Assembly (NCBI RefSeq): GCF_033153115.1
Contig: NW_026889758.1
Span: 11,160,001 to 11,224,000 of the forward strand
Source of the DNA: Saccostrea echinata
Taxonomy: Eukaryota
Length of the DNA stretch: 64,000 bases
Direction: 5' to 3'
Below are positions 63,698 to 64,000 of the stretch, one piece after another; position 1 is the first letter of the stretch, and each line of letters opens with the position of its first letter. The position numbers and the translations under genes were made by a program. Below the pieces are notes generated by a model. It saw only the letters and a list, made by a program, of their open reading frames with translations, searched no databases and had not been told where the DNA came from.

Positions 63698-64000
63698 GTA
63701 TCACATTTTAATCAATACCTGCACTAAGTTTTTTCACAAAGACTGAACAGGGAAATTATGCATGTGTTTTCAATATAAATATATGTGAATTAATCAGAGT
63801 ACAAGGAATTACACGAAACAAATAGGATTACTTCTTTTCGGGGGCTTTTTTATGCACGATGTCTTCAGACATAATAACCAAGACCTTTAAAAAGGTAAAA
63901 TAAATGTATGAATATCAAACAGAACATATTTAAGATTGAAGATTTTCGTAGAACGTATGACATTGTAAGAAATGTAAACAAGACTCTGGGCACCAGAACG

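Noticed and set aside
42000-64000. Additional host protein-coding exons in the right third of the window
   Set aside because: Short ORFs are AT-rich noise or transposon remnants; small exons of a large gene cannot be excluded without RNA data

Overview
AT-rich, repeat-dense animal genomic DNA, most likely an oyster or related bivalve (inferred from the gene family and the repeat types). There are three N-gaps. The core of the window is a tandem cluster of small secreted silk-like Gly/Tyr/poly-Ala proteins resembling the oyster shell-matrix protein Shelk2. It has three intact near-identical genes (ATG at 23046, 34581, 40736), one divergent frameshifted paralog (8191) and three gene fragments (9693, 15669 inverted, 18712). 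All four full-length loci share one architecture: a non-coding exon 1, one large coding exon, and a last exon whose coding part is only 'VY-stop'. They also share a promoter with fixed spacing (GTGACGT, TATA 20 bp later, CTGTAC 27 bp after that). Coding exons of the three intact genes are about 97% identical while their introns are barely alignable, suggesting exon-restricted gene conversion. A decayed LINE (~13.0-17.0 kb) carries a fold-back inversion, a TTAA MITE and a 516-bp inverted capture of the frameshifted gene. The rest is transposon debris: Meta-core tRNA SINEs, Penelope-like fragments with a conserved structured 3' end, a Helitron, HINE-type elements, MITEs, palindromes and mini/microsatellites. 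All identities and counts are by eye; no database searches were run.
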